From assembly GCA_903887775.1 (NCBI GenBank), contig CAISRB010000005.1, forward strand, positions 80,773-144,772: 64,000 nt of DNA. Direction: 5' to 3'. The notes beneath the pieces were generated by a model. It ran no database searches and had not been told where the DNA came from. It saw only the letters and a program-made list of their open reading frames with translations. Below are positions 1 through 11,243 of the stretch, one piece after another (position 1 is the first letter of the stretch; each line of letters starts with the position of its first letter). Source of the stretch: an uncultured Bacteroidales bacterium. GTDB taxonomy: Bacteria > Bacteroidota > Bacteroidia > Bacteroidales > FEN-979. The translations under genes were made by a program, and so were the position numbers.

Positions 1-663
1 CCCAAGGTTTTCCATTGTTGACTGGTTCACCTCTTTTTTCCTTAATACGCCAATTACCTTCAGCCAAAGCCTGCCACATTTTATTTCCTGACCGATGGCG
101 CTTCCGTTCGGGAAAAATTTCGACTGGATGGTTGATCCGATGATGCAAACGGCTTTCCCGTCCTTCAGCTCTTCTGTATTGAACATTTCGCCCTGCTGAA
201 GGTCTATGTTAAAAAGATCAAAAAAGTCAGGAGTTACACCGCTGATTTTCGTGGAATACCTGACTGCCTCCCTGATCACATCGGCTTCATAAATAACGAC
301 AGGGCTTACCCTCTGCACTGTAGGGATCATTTCCCTGATACTTTCGGCATCTTTTAATGAAAGCCCCGGGGAGAACTTACCCTTGTTTTTATCGGAAGAA
401 GAAGAGCTTGAGCTGCTTTGGTCATTGCTCTGGCTGGAACTTCCCTTATTTTTTTCAATTTTTGGCGTGATGATGATATTATTCACGCCAACCAGTTTCA
501 TCTGGTCGAGGATTTCTTTCTGGGCCCCGTTGCCAATTGCCATCATCGAGATAACCGCGGCCACACCAAAGATTATTCCCAGGGCAGTAAGCATTGAGCG
601 GAACTTGTTCAGAAAAACCGCTTCAAGTGCTATATTGAAGATATACTGATAGCGTTCAAACAC
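1..663 (-). CDS. ABC transporter permease, MacB/FtsX-like (N-terminal part; gene runs off the window start)
   Basis: Absent from the ORF track because it has no stop in the window. Minus-strand translation from GTG at 661-663 gives MFERYQYIFNIALEAVFLNKFRSMLTALGIIFGVAAVISMMAIGNGAQKEILDQMKLVGVNNIII... This is an N-terminal TM helix followed by a periplasmic-domain-like sequence typical of MacB-type permeases. It starts 10 nt after the HlyD-type adaptor gene. Confidence 0.75.
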   Translation of the reverse strand, partial: MFERYQYIFNIALEAVFLNKFRSMLTALGIIFGVAAVISMMAIGNGAQKEILDQMKLVGVNNIIITPKIEKNKGSSSQSNDQSSSSSSSSDKNKGKFSPGLSLKDAESIREMIPTVQRVSPVVIYEADVIREAVRYSTKISGVTPDFFDLFNIDLQQGEMFNTEELKDGKAVCIIGSTIQSKFFPNGSAIGQEIKCGRLWLKVIGVLRKKEVNQSTMENLG

Positions 664-673
664 GGCTTTACAA

Positions 674-2044
674 TTAGTTTTTTATCAAAATAGAGGGAGA
701 GCCGGAGGCTGCTGCACCGGGTGCGGATGTTTTTTTGGAGCTGTCGTTCTTTGGCTGGGCCGGTTTATTCGGTTTTGGCTTGTACTTATCGAGTGTCTTT
801 TTATCGAGGAGGACCAGTTTTAACTTCTCGGCTTTATCGGGAGGGACCAGCATGACCTCATCGTTTTCCTTCATCCCCTCACGTATAATTATCTCGTTTT
901 CATTGCTTTCCCCTGCGATCACTTGCTGACGTATCGCTGAACCGCCATCTTTTTTATAAACAAATGTGATGCTGTCGGTATTAAAAATCGACTCGATAGG
1001 AGCATAGAGGACGCTGTCAATAATGTTTGTCTGGATTGTATTTTTCGTAGTCATGGCAGGCCTGAGTATCGAATCAAACTCGTTGACAATGATCCTCACC
1101 TCATAAACCTTTGCATTGCTGTTCTGGAGTTGTTCGCCGATATTAGCTACTTCCAAAACCTTACCGGTGAATTTCTTTTCGGGGAAAGCATCGATGCCGA
1201 TTTTAACTTTTTGCCCCACTTTGACTTTACTGATATCGATCTCATTCACATAGGTTTTTGAGATCATTTCCTTAAGGTTGGGCAATTCGGCAACCACGTT
1301 GTCCCAGGCATTGATCATACCGCCAACGCCAAGTTTACTGCCGTCCCAGTTCCTCTTGTAGATCACCATGCCGGCTTTGGGAGCCTTTACGGTAAACTGT
1401 TTAAGGCCTTCCAGCATATCATCCAGTTTCCTTTTAGCCTGGCTGTAGGAAGCATTGACTTCCTGCATATTGGCAACGGCCTTCTGGTACCTCAGCTTAT
1501 AATTTTTTTCAGCCTGGTCGAGGGCCCGTGTGGCTTTATCGAGTTCAATCTCAACCTGGCGGATCGTTGCAGGGGGTTCGTACTTGGATTGTTCGAGCGT
1601 GATCTTTTTTTCCTCCAGTGAGAACTTCAGGTTGATCAGTTCATCCCTTGCGTTTCTGAGTTCCAGAGAGGTGTCGAGCCGGGTTTTGGTCATCTGGGAT
1701 TCCAGCTTCTCGGTATTTGTTTCCTCGTCCTTGATTTTTCCTGCGATCTCCGTCCTGTCCAGGGCGGCGACATACTGGCCTGAATCCACTACTGTGCCGT
1801 CGGGGATAATATCCTGCATCTTAACCTGCCAGATACCGATCTGCCTCAGGCATGAAGGCCCGAAAATCTTTTCGGAGCTTTTAGCGATCAGCTCTCCCGT
1901 AACAGAAACCTCGATCGGAAAATTCCCTTTTTTGACTTTGGCGATGATTTGCTGTTCCTTATTTCCCTTAGGAATGATAAGGTAAACAACGATTGCGGCA
2001 ATAAGAATACCCGCGAAAATGAGTAAATACTTCCGTGAAGCCAT
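674..2044 (-). CDS. HlyD-family periplasmic adaptor (membrane fusion protein) of an ABC-type efflux system
   Basis: 456-aa ORF with an N-terminal TM anchor, a long coiled-coil middle (LELRNARDELINLKFSLEEKKITLEQSKYE...) and a beta-barrel C-terminal part (KVGQKVKIGIDAFPEKKFTGKVLEVANI). It lies directly upstream of the MacB-like permease. Confidence 0.8.
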   Translation of the reverse strand: MASRKYLLIFAGILIAAIVVYLIIPKGNKEQQIIAKVKKGNFPIEVSVTGELIAKSSEKIFGPSCLRQIGIWQVKMQDIIPDGTVVDSGQYVAALDRTEIAGKIKDEETNTEKLESQMTKTRLDTSLELRNARDELINLKFSLEEKKITLEQSKYEPPATIRQVEIELDKATRALDQAEKNYKLRYQKAVANMQEVNASYSQAKRKLDDMLEGLKQFTVKAPKAGMVIYKRNWDGSKLGVGGMINAWDNVVAELPNLKEMISKTYVNEIDISKVKVGQKVKIGIDAFPEKKFTGKVLEVANIGEQLQNSNAKVYEVRIIVNEFDSILRPAMTTKNTIQTNIIDSVLYAPIESIFNTDSITFVYKKDGGSAIRQQVIAGESNENEIIIREGMKENDEVMLVPPDKAEKLKLVLLDKKTLDKYKPKPNKPAQPKNDSSKKTSAPGAAASGSPSILIKN

Positions 2045-2112
2045 AAACGAAGCAATATTTGGTCCAGGTATAAAACCTGTTTGTTTAACAACGCTAAGAA
2101 ATTACCGATAAG

Positions 2113-4080
<1,968 letters not shown>

Positions 4081-4107
4081 TTACTTATATTAAAATAATA
4101 GACTACA

Positions 4108-4115
4108 CAAAGATA
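4108..4115 (-). promoter_or_regulatory. Bacteroidota -7 promoter box (TATCTTTG) upstream of gyrB
   Basis: The minus strand reads TATCTTTG, which matches TAnnTTTG. It lies 33 nt upstream of the gyrB ATG. Confidence 0.5.
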
Positions 4116-4255
4116 CGAAAAAATATCACATAAAACTTCGTGAAAACATCAATAAAATCAAGGTTTTTATTAACAATTTATGGTGAAAAATTTTGCATAG
4201 CATGAATATTCCTGTTCCTGCTTACGAAAACCGTCTAAAAATCTGCATTCTTCGC

Positions 4256-5311
4256 CTATGATTTCATCAGGGCCTTCGCGATGACCGAGGCGCTATGTCC
4301 GTCGCCAAAATCATTCCTGCGGGGGGCAGTTGGCTGGGGTGTGTGAACAGCATTCAGTATTTTTTCAGGATCAGTGCCTGTGACGATGTTCCAGTTGTCG
4401 TGAAGGGTTTCGACCCATTCGGTTTCGGTGCGCATCGTGATGCATTGCCTGCCGAGGAAATAAGCTTCTTTCTGGAGCCCGCCCGAGTCGGTCAGGACTT
4501 TACCGGCATGCATAGTAAGCCGGAGCATTTCGAGATAACCTACAGGCTCAATGATAATGACATTTGAAGGGACGCTGACGAGGGTTTTCAGGAGTCCGGC
4601 GGTACGGGGGTGGACCGGCAGCACCACCGGGGAATCTATCCTTGAAAAAGCACTGAAAATATTTTTCAGGTTTTCAGGATTGTCGGTGTTCTCGGCCCTG
4701 TGGATGGTTGCAAGTAAATAGGAGCCAGGGATACCTGGAGTTTTATATTCATCCCCTCCCGATACCAGTATTTTGCTATAAAACGACACCGAATCATACA
4801 TCACATCGCCGGAGAACACGGTCTGGGCTTCCAATCCCTCCTGCTTAAGATTTGCTATTGCCGTCGGGGTGGGGGCGAACAGAAGGTCAGATATCCTGTC
4901 GGTGACGATGCGGTTGATCTCTTCTGGCATCAGCCTGTTGAACGAACGCAACCCTGCTTCGACATGGGCCACGGGGATGTGCAGTTTGGTGGCTGCCAGG
5001 GCCCCGGCAATGGTCGAATTCGTATCACCGTAAACCAGGACATAATCAGGTTTCTCCAGAAAAAGAACCTTTTCAACTCCTTCCAGCATCAACCCGGTCT
5101 GGTGGGCATGGGTTCCTGAACCCACTTCCAGGTTATAATCCGGTTCCGGGATCGAGAGCTGGCGGAAAAAGATTTCCGACATGTTCTCATCATAATGCTG
5201 GCCGGTATGTATGAGGATCTCCTGCAGGCCGGGAGTGGCACGCAGTACCCTGGAAACGGCGGCTGCCTTGATAAACTGCGGCCTTGCGCCGATGACGGAA
5301 ACAATTTTCAT
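4256..5311 (-). CDS. wecB: UDP-N-acetylglucosamine 2-epimerase (non-hydrolysing)
   Basis: 351 aa. MKIVSVIGARPQFIKAAAVSRVL...HTGQHYDENMS...GDTNSTIAGALAA...HVEAGLRSFN is the classic WecB/MnaA pattern. Confidence 0.9.
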   Translation of the reverse strand: MKIVSVIGARPQFIKAAAVSRVLRATPGLQEILIHTGQHYDENMSEIFFRQLSIPEPDYNLEVGSGTHAHQTGLMLEGVEKVLFLEKPDYVLVYGDTNSTIAGALAATKLHIPVAHVEAGLRSFNRLMPEEINRIVTDRISDLLFAPTPTAIANLKQEGLEAQTVFSGDVMYDSVSFYSKILVSGGDEYKTPGIPGSYLLATIHRAENTDNPENLKNIFSAFSRIDSPVVLPVHPRTAGLLKTLVSVPSNVIIIEPVGYLEMLRLTMHAGKVLTDSGGLQKEAYFLGRQCITMRTETEWVETLHDNWNIVTGTDPEKILNAVHTPQPTAPRRNDFGDGHSASVIAKALMKS

Positions 5312-5350
5312 ACTCTCAGGATGACATCCACAAACAATAAAAATAAAAAA

Positions 5351-5696
5351 GCAACAGTCCTGTAAGCAGGATCCTGTTCCGGCAAGCCGGATTCTGTCAT
5401 TTATCTAATCCGGAAGTCACCTTCCGGCTTCAGCGGCCTACCCCCCGGTATCAAACGAGCAGTCCTTCGCAACCGGTATACATGGCCTTTCAACACATGG
5501 GGTTTACCCTCCGTTGCAATCACTTGCCCCGGACGTGAGCTCTTACCTCACATTTTCACCCTTACCTTTCGGCGGTTTTTTTCTGTGGCACTTTCCGTCA
5601 CCGGCATTAATCCGGTGCCTTCCCGTTAGGAAGCATGTTGCTCTCTGTTGTCCCGACTTTCCTCTGCATTACTGCAGCGACAGAACGAACTGTTGC
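5351..5696 (-). ncRNA. rnpB: RNase P RNA (bacterial type A)
   Basis: The minus strand carries both universally conserved P4 strands: GAGGAAAGTCGGGAC (+ coords 5650-5664) and ACAGAATCCGGCTTGCC (+ coords 5381-5397). The termini GCAACAGT (5689-5696) and ACTGTTGC (5351-5358) pair as P1. Length is ~346 nt. A TACCTTTG -7 box lies just upstream. Confidence 0.85.
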
Positions 5697-5700
5697 CCTG

Positions 5701-5708
5701 CAAAGGTA
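5701..5708 (-). promoter_or_regulatory. -7 promoter box (TACCTTTG) for rnpB
   Basis: The minus strand reads TACCTTTG, 4-5 nt before the predicted rnpB 5' end. Confidence 0.6.
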
Positions 5709-5730
5709 CAAATTATCGGGATATTCTGTC

Positions 5731-5738
5731 TACCTTTG
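5731..5738 (+). promoter_or_regulatory. -7 promoter box (TACCTTTG) for the MATE gene
   Basis: TACCTTTG lies 21 nt before the TTG start at 5760. It is the mirror image of the rnpB box. Confidence 0.55.
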
Positions 5739-5759
5739 CAGCCCCCAAATATCAACTGA

Positions 5760-7124
5760 TTGAAAGACTTAAGTATAGGCAACGAAGGAAAACTGATACT
5801 TAAATTTGCGCTGCCGATGCTGCTTGGCAATGTGTTCCAGCAATTTTACAGCCTTATTGACAGTATCATCGTGGGTAAATTTATCGGGAAAGGAGCCCTG
5901 GCCGCTGTTGGAACATCAATGCCCATCAGCTTTCTGCTGATCTCGCTGTTTATCGGAATCACTATGGGATTCACCATTATTGTTGCCCAGTACTTCGGGG
6001 CAAAGGACATAACGAGGGTGAAAAAAGCCATCAACACACTCTATATCTTTATTTTCTTTACATCCATTGTGATGAGCGTTGTGGGAATCCTGATCTCGGG
6101 CTGGATCTTTCGCATCATCGGCATGGATCCCGCTATTATACCCCAGGCAAAACTCTTCCTCGACATATTCATGGCCGGCTTACTTTTCCTTTTCGGATAT
6201 AACGGCACGAGCGCAATTCTCCGGGGACTTGGTGATTCGAAGACACCCCTGTATTTTCTTATTGGCTCAGTGGCGCTTAACATCATACTCGATATCCTCT
6301 TCGTCCCGGTTCTTGGCTGGGGTGTCTGGAGCGTGGCCGTTGCCACGGTAATTTCAGAAGGCGCAGCATTTATCTCACAGATCATTTACCTGAACCGCTA
6401 CCATAAGGTGATCAATTTTTCCTTCGCCGAACTGAAATTCGACAGGGAGATCTTCAATAAAGGCATCAGGATAGGACTGCCCACCGGCCTGCAACAAACC
6501 TTTGTCGCAGCAGGAATGGTCACCTTATACGGTATAGTGAATAAATTCGGGGTCGATGCCAATGCTGCATACAGCGTTGCAGGAAGGATAGATAATTTTG
6601 CAGCCATGCCGGCCATGAGCTTTTCGATGGCACTGAGCACCTTCGTAGGACAGAACCTGGGAGCCAACAAACCTGAAAGGGTGGTTGCGGGTTTGAGGTC
6701 CACCCTCGCCATCACTGCCGTGATCTCAGTCGCGGTTTCCTTCGTCACAGTGATCTTCGGTAAATTCCTGATGAGGATGTTCACCGATGACCCTGCGGTA
6801 ATTGAACTGGGCAGGGGTTACCTCGCAGTCATAGGTTCCTTTTACATACTTTTCTCAACAATGTTCGTCCTGAACGGGATCATGAGAGGGGCGGGCGATA
6901 CGCTGATCCCGATGTTCATTTCCCTGATCGCCCTGTGGGTCATCAGGATCCCGATAGCCACGATGCTGTCATCCCATCATGAGATCGGGATCTACGGGGT
7001 GTACTGGTCAATGCCCATCGGCTGGTTCGTGGGAGCATCCCTGTCGTTCATCTATTTCCTGACCGGAAGATGGAAAAAGAAAACAGTGGTAAAATATTCG
7101 GCGAGCGGGGAGAGGGTTGAGTAA
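5760..7124 (+). CDS. MATE family efflux transporter
   Basis: 454 aa with 12 predicted hydrophobic segments. The N-terminal motif ILKFALPMLLGNVFQQFYSLIDSIIVGKFIGKGALAAVG is typical of MATE/NorM. A TTG start is needed to include this motif. Confidence 0.9.
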   Translation: MKDLSIGNEGKLILKFALPMLLGNVFQQFYSLIDSIIVGKFIGKGALAAVGTSMPISFLLISLFIGITMGFTIIVAQYFGAKDITRVKKAINTLYIFIFFTSIVMSVVGILISGWIFRIIGMDPAIIPQAKLFLDIFMAGLLFLFGYNGTSAILRGLGDSKTPLYFLIGSVALNIILDILFVPVLGWGVWSVAVATVISEGAAFISQIIYLNRYHKVINFSFAELKFDREIFNKGIRIGLPTGLQQTFVAAGMVTLYGIVNKFGVDANAAYSVAGRIDNFAAMPAMSFSMALSTFVGQNLGANKPERVVAGLRSTLAITAVISVAVSFVTVIFGKFLMRMFTDDPAVIELGRGYLAVIGSFYILFSTMFVLNGIMRGAGDTLIPMFISLIALWVIRIPIATMLSSHHEIGIYGVYWSMPIGWFVGASLSFIYFLTGRWKKKTVVKYSASGERVE

Positions 7125-7173
7125 TGAAAAGTGAAAAGCGAAAAACGAAAGGCGAAAGGCGAAAGGCGAAACC
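7125..7173. repeat. Seven tandem heptamers (YGAAARG: TGAAAAG x2, CGAAAAA, CGAAAGG x3, CGAAACC)
   Basis: Read directly from the sequence. The array fills the whole gap between the convergent MATE stop (7124) and the GT4 stop (7175). Confidence 0.9.
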
Positions 7174-7174
7174 C

Positions 7175-8479
7175 CTAACCCCCCGTCATCCCTTCAAGTA
7201 CTGCCGCGAGCTGCCGGGTCAGTTCAAGCCTTGAGTAGCGCCCGATGTTGATGCTTTTCGTGCCCTGAAATCCGCTTACATAATCATTATAAAGACTGCG
7301 GATATGATCCTTCATCGTTGAAACATCCCCGAACCCGGCAAGGAGACCGGCCTGGGTCTCAGCCAGGATAGCCGCGGCATCTCCGTCGGCAGGCCCGAGG
7401 CAGAGGATAGGACGGCGGGCGGCAAGGTATTCAAAAAACTTGCCGGTAAGTATCATTTTCGCATTGGGGGTATTGTTGATGATAAGCAGGAGAACCGCCG
7501 ACTGCTGCTGGCATTTCACCACTTCATCATGGGGCATGTAATCAATCTTATTCACAAAGGATTTCAATCCGTACCGCTCTATCGATTCCATCACCTTATA
7601 ATCGGCCTTGCCAACAAGCTTGATCTCAAGGTCAGCAGCAAATTGCGGATCTCCGGCAATGATCTCCTGCAAAGCGATCCAGAGCGTTTCAGGATTTCGC
7701 GTGCTCACCAGGGTCCCGATATGAGCAATCGAAAATTTCTTATCGATAACGGGCGGATGACTGAAACCGGTATCCCCGGGGTCGTACCCGTTTGTGATCA
7801 CTTCGTACTTCCTGTTATACAGTTTAATGCAGTCCTCTGCCATGCTGCGGCTGATGACAGTAACTACGCCGGCCCTGCCCAGGACCTGCTTTTCAAGCTT
7901 CCTGTGAAGGGCGTCAGCACGGGAACTGAGTTTCAGCTCCCTGTAAAAATCAATGTTTGTCCAGGGATCCCTGAAATCGGCCAGCCAGGGAACTTCCATT
8001 CTTTGCGATAATTCCATGGCTATAAGATGCATGCTGTGGGGCGGACCTGTAGATATCACAACACTTACGGGTTTCTTTTCAAGGTATTTAAGAAGGAATT
8101 TAACCGATGGCCTGATCCAGAATTTCCGGGCATCCGGAATGAAAAAGTTTCCACGCATCCATACCGAGAAGTTCTCGAGCATCGAATTCTTTTTCTTTTC
8201 CGAAAGGAAAGCGGCATTGATCTTGTCTTCCTTCTTCTGGCCCAGCAACCTTTTATATGTGCCGTAAGGCTCCCAGATGGGTTGTTTGATCACTTCGAGA
8301 TTTTCCGGAACATCTTTTTCCAGGGAATAATCGGTCTCGGGGAACTCCGGATTTTCAGGTGTGTAAACCACTGGCTCCCATCCGAAGTTGCGGAGGTATT
8401 TGACAAATTTAAGCCAGCGCTGAACACCGGCTCCTCCGCTGGGAGGCCAATAATAAGTTATGACCAGGACGCGTTTCAT
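7175..8479 (-). CDS. Glycosyltransferase family 4 protein
   Basis: 434 aa. The N-terminus MKRVLVITYYWPPSGGAGVQRWLKFVKYL is typical of a conserved Bacteroidota GT4/GT-B family. Its start overlaps the stop of the YfhO gene by 4 nt. Confidence 0.8.
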   Translation of the reverse strand: MKRVLVITYYWPPSGGAGVQRWLKFVKYLRNFGWEPVVYTPENPEFPETDYSLEKDVPENLEVIKQPIWEPYGTYKRLLGQKKEDKINAAFLSEKKKNSMLENFSVWMRGNFFIPDARKFWIRPSVKFLLKYLEKKPVSVVISTGPPHSMHLIAMELSQRMEVPWLADFRDPWTNIDFYRELKLSSRADALHRKLEKQVLGRAGVVTVISRSMAEDCIKLYNRKYEVITNGYDPGDTGFSHPPVIDKKFSIAHIGTLVSTRNPETLWIALQEIIAGDPQFAADLEIKLVGKADYKVMESIERYGLKSFVNKIDYMPHDEVVKCQQQSAVLLLIINNTPNAKMILTGKFFEYLAARRPILCLGPADGDAAAILAETQAGLLAGFGDVSTMKDHIRSLYNDYVSGFQGTKSINIGRYSRLELTRQLAAVLEGMTGG

Positions 8480-10914
8480 GCCTTTCTGGCAAACATCTCT
8501 TTAACTCCGAAGGCAATTCCGGCAACCACGAGAAGAATGAGGATGATTGAAGAGATCAGGCTGATTTTCTCACCTAAATAATACGCCCTGGGCTCGAATT
8601 TGAATTCCACCGAATGCTCGCCTGCCGGAAGGATCATAGCCCTTAAAACATAATTTGCGCGGAAATGCGGAGCAGGGATGCCGTCAACATAAGCATTCCA
8701 TCCTTTGGGATAGTAGATCTCGGAAAATACCGCAAGCCCTGAATTTTTACTTTTGTATTTATATTTCAGGTCATTGGGCAGGTAATCGGTAAGCCTGATG
8801 TAATCAAGGGTATCTTTGGCCGGGACCCAGGACTTAAGCTCTTCCCGGAACTTCTTATCCACGACAGCTGTTCTCGATGGGTCAAAACCGTTGAGGGCAG
8901 CGAGTTCCTGGTCGGCATTCTCTACAAATTTATACTCGTTGACGAACCAAGCGTTTCCCATTGCCTGCGGGTTCTGCTGGGCCATGGGCTGTTTGTTCTG
9001 ATCCGGGATAATGACATACCTCGTATTCAGCATGTTGAGTACGGCCATGTTGTTTTTTTCAACGTGGGTTTCAAACAGTTCCTGGTAGCGCCTGAGTTTT
9101 GCACCATGATATCCGCCCAGTGACTTATGGAAATAGGAAGTACTGGCATCCATCATCGGACTGACGGTAAGATTAAGTACCCGGTAGTCCGGATCTTTAT
9201 CAGCAAGTATCTGGAGATCGGCCGGTGAAGGTTCATATGGTGTTTCAACCCTGGATTTGGACGTAAAGCTGTCATTGTTCAGGTATCTTTTAGCGATTGT
9301 AAACATGTCGCCCAGGATAAATACAATTAAACCGATATACGCGTATTCCTTCTTCAGTTTCTTGTTGATGACCAGCCAAAGAGTGGCTGCAGTCAGGGAG
9401 ATGTATATCAGTGATCGGAAGGCATCGGCCCTGCAAACGGCTTTGCGGTCATCGCGGATGGCCTGCATCAGCCAATCGGGGAATGATTTTGCAAAAGAGG
9501 AGTCATTGGGCGAGGTAAAGCTCAGGAACATATCAGGTACCACCGCAAAGACCAGGGCAAGTCCGCCGGCAATACCAAAGGCAATGTACAGCGCCTTATT
9601 GAGTTTACCGGCAGTGGCCATCTCATCGAAGATCACTTTAATGGCAAGGAATCCGAGCAGGGGAATTGTCAATTCGGCAATAATCAGGATCATAGTTACC
9701 GCCCTGAATTTATTATACCCCGGGAAGTAATTCAGGAAGAAGTCGGTTAACCACATAAAGTTGTGTCCCCACGAAAGCATTATCGATAGTAAGGTGGCAG
9801 CCAGCAACCACCACTTGAGCGGGCCTTTTACGATAATCAGCCCAAGAAAGAAAAGAAAAATAATGATCGCTCCTATATAAACAGGCGATGTCCAGGGCTG
9901 GTTACCCCAGTACATCAGACCTCCCTGTCCTGCGAATTGCCGAATGTTATCTTCCGGGATGTTATTTGTTCGCAGCGTTTTAGCAATATTGGAGTTCATG
10001 CCGGGGGATTCGTTCGAAGAGCCGCCGTAAAAATCAGGTATCAGCAGGGTCATCGTTTCACCCACACCGTAACTCCATTGGGTGGCGTAATTTTTATCAA
10101 GGCCCGTCGTACGGTTCCCTTGCTGGGTGGTCAGGTCCGACTTGCCCCGGATCGTATAATTGCCGTATTCATAGGTGGTCCAGAGGAGAGAAAGGTTCGT
10201 GAGAACGGCAAATACAAGGGCAACAACCAGTAAAGAAACCGATTTGAGATAAGCGGTAAAAGTTTTATTCCTCAGGGAATAGGCCAGTTCGACTATTCCC
10301 AGGATGATAGCAGTAAGGGCTAGGTAATAGGTGATCTGGAGATGGTTCTGTTTCACTTCGAGGGACAGGAAAACAGCTGTAAGGATAAATCCCCAAAGAT
10401 ATTTTTTTCTCAGGGTAAGGATCATCCCCGCCAGTACCGGCGCGATATAACCTATTGCATGGGCCTGTGAGTTATGCCCTGCCTCTATGATAATGAAGAA
10501 GTATGATGAAAATGCGTAAGCAATGGCGCCGGCCACCGACAGCCATGGATTAAGACCAAGTACAAGAAGCAGGATGAAAAACCCGACAAAATACAGGAAT
10601 ACCATATTCGCGGGATGTGGAAGGCCAAGTGTAAGGATCTTATCGGCAAAATCGAGAAGGTTCCCGGTATAACGGGTTGAAATCTGGTATGCCGGCATTC
10701 CTCCAAACATCGAATTGGTCCACAGCGGTTCCTGCCCGGTTTTGGCCCTGAAGTCACCAATTTCCTTAGCAGCTCCTTTCCAGTGGACAATGTCGCTCTG
10801 GAGGATCTGTTTTCCTTCGATGAGTGGTGAAAGGAAAATCATTGTAACAGCGAGGAAAATAACAACGGCGACCAGGTAGGGCCATGCTGACTTAAAAAAG
10901 TTCAGGTTTTTCAT
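8476..10914 (-). CDS. YfhO-family polytopic membrane protein (glycosyl-transfer associated)
   Basis: 812 aa with many TM segments in the N-terminal 500 aa and a soluble C-terminal part. The N-terminus (ILQSDIVHWKGAAKEIGDFRAKTGQEPLWTNSMFGGMPAYQIS) recalls Bacteroidota YfhO-family proteins. It appears translationally coupled to the GT4 gene. Confidence 0.75.
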   Translation of the reverse strand: MKNLNFFKSAWPYLVAVVIFLAVTMIFLSPLIEGKQILQSDIVHWKGAAKEIGDFRAKTGQEPLWTNSMFGGMPAYQISTRYTGNLLDFADKILTLGLPHPANMVFLYFVGFFILLLVLGLNPWLSVAGAIAYAFSSYFFIIIEAGHNSQAHAIGYIAPVLAGMILTLRKKYLWGFILTAVFLSLEVKQNHLQITYYLALTAIILGIVELAYSLRNKTFTAYLKSVSLLVVALVFAVLTNLSLLWTTYEYGNYTIRGKSDLTTQQGNRTTGLDKNYATQWSYGVGETMTLLIPDFYGGSSNESPGMNSNIAKTLRTNNIPEDNIRQFAGQGGLMYWGNQPWTSPVYIGAIIIFLFFLGLIIVKGPLKWWLLAATLLSIMLSWGHNFMWLTDFFLNYFPGYNKFRAVTMILIIAELTIPLLGFLAIKVIFDEMATAGKLNKALYIAFGIAGGLALVFAVVPDMFLSFTSPNDSSFAKSFPDWLMQAIRDDRKAVCRADAFRSLIYISLTAATLWLVINKKLKKEYAYIGLIVFILGDMFTIAKRYLNNDSFTSKSRVETPYEPSPADLQILADKDPDYRVLNLTVSPMMDASTSYFHKSLGGYHGAKLRRYQELFETHVEKNNMAVLNMLNTRYVIIPDQNKQPMAQQNPQAMGNAWFVNEYKFVENADQELAALNGFDPSRTAVVDKKFREELKSWVPAKDTLDYIRLTDYLPNDLKYKYKSKNSGLAVFSEIYYPKGWNAYVDGIPAPHFRANYVLRAMILPAGEHSVEFKFEPRAYYLGEKISLISSIILILLVVAGIAFGVKEMFARKA

Positions 10915-10944
10915 GCTTTGATTTTTAACGAATTGAATGTCAAA

Positions 10945-10979
10945 AATAAAAAAAGAAGATAATGTGAAATTATCTTCTT
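10945..10979 (-). terminator. Rho-independent terminator after rpmH
   Basis: 11-bp stem AAGAAGATAAT / ATTATCTTCTT (10953-10979) with a 5-nt loop. On the minus strand it is followed by a T-run. Confidence 0.75.
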
Positions 10980-11025
10980 TTTATAACGTCAGAACCGTGT
11001 TAACGGTATTTCCAAAACGGGAAAA

Positions 11026-11187
11026 TTATTTCTTGTCTTTATATTCGTCGGAAACGGTTAGTTTTTTCCTGCCTGTTGCCCTTCTGTTTGCCAGAACCCT
11101 GCGTCCGTTTGCAGTAGACATTCTTTCGCGGAAACCATGCTTGTTCTTCCTTTTCGTGTTCGACGGGTGAAATGTTGGTGCTGCCAT
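11026..11187 (-). CDS. rpmH: 50S ribosomal protein L34
   Basis: Absent from the ORF track (53 aa). The minus strand gives [53 protein letters not shown], which matches the L34 signature (KRKxKHGFRxRMxTxxGRxVLxxRRxKGRKxL). The + strand ORF 10937-11170 is its antisense shadow. Confidence 0.9.
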   Translation of the reverse strand: MAAPTFHPSNTKRKNKHGFRERMSTANGRRVLANRRATGRKKLTVSDEYKDKK

Positions 11188-11208
11188 TGTATTCTTATTT
11201 TAGGGCTG

Positions 11209-11216
11209 CAAAGTTA
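11209..11216 (-). promoter_or_regulatory. -7 promoter box (TAACTTTG) for rpmH
   Basis: The minus strand reads TAACTTTG, 21 nt upstream of the rpmH ATG. Confidence 0.55.
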
Positions 11217-11243
11217 AGATTTTTTTTGAAATCCAAAAGGAAA

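Noticed and set aside
383-649. 88-aa + strand ORF at the window start
   Set aside because: It is the antisense shadow of the MacB-like permease gene (1-663, minus strand). The minus-strand translation is a convincing permease N-terminus.
5514-5759. 81-aa ORF between wecB and the MATE gene
   Set aside because: It lies on top of RNase P RNA (opposite strand). Its Cys/Pro/Leu-rich translation looks non-coding.
7125-7173. Heptamer arrays (also 26443-26463, 27317-27337, 32068-32088) as CRISPR arrays
   Set aside because: The units are 7 nt with no spacers, and no cas genes are present. They are simple tandem repeats.
10937-11170. 77-aa + strand ORF
   Set aside because: It is antisense to rpmH (11026-11187, minus strand), which has an unmistakable L34 sequence.
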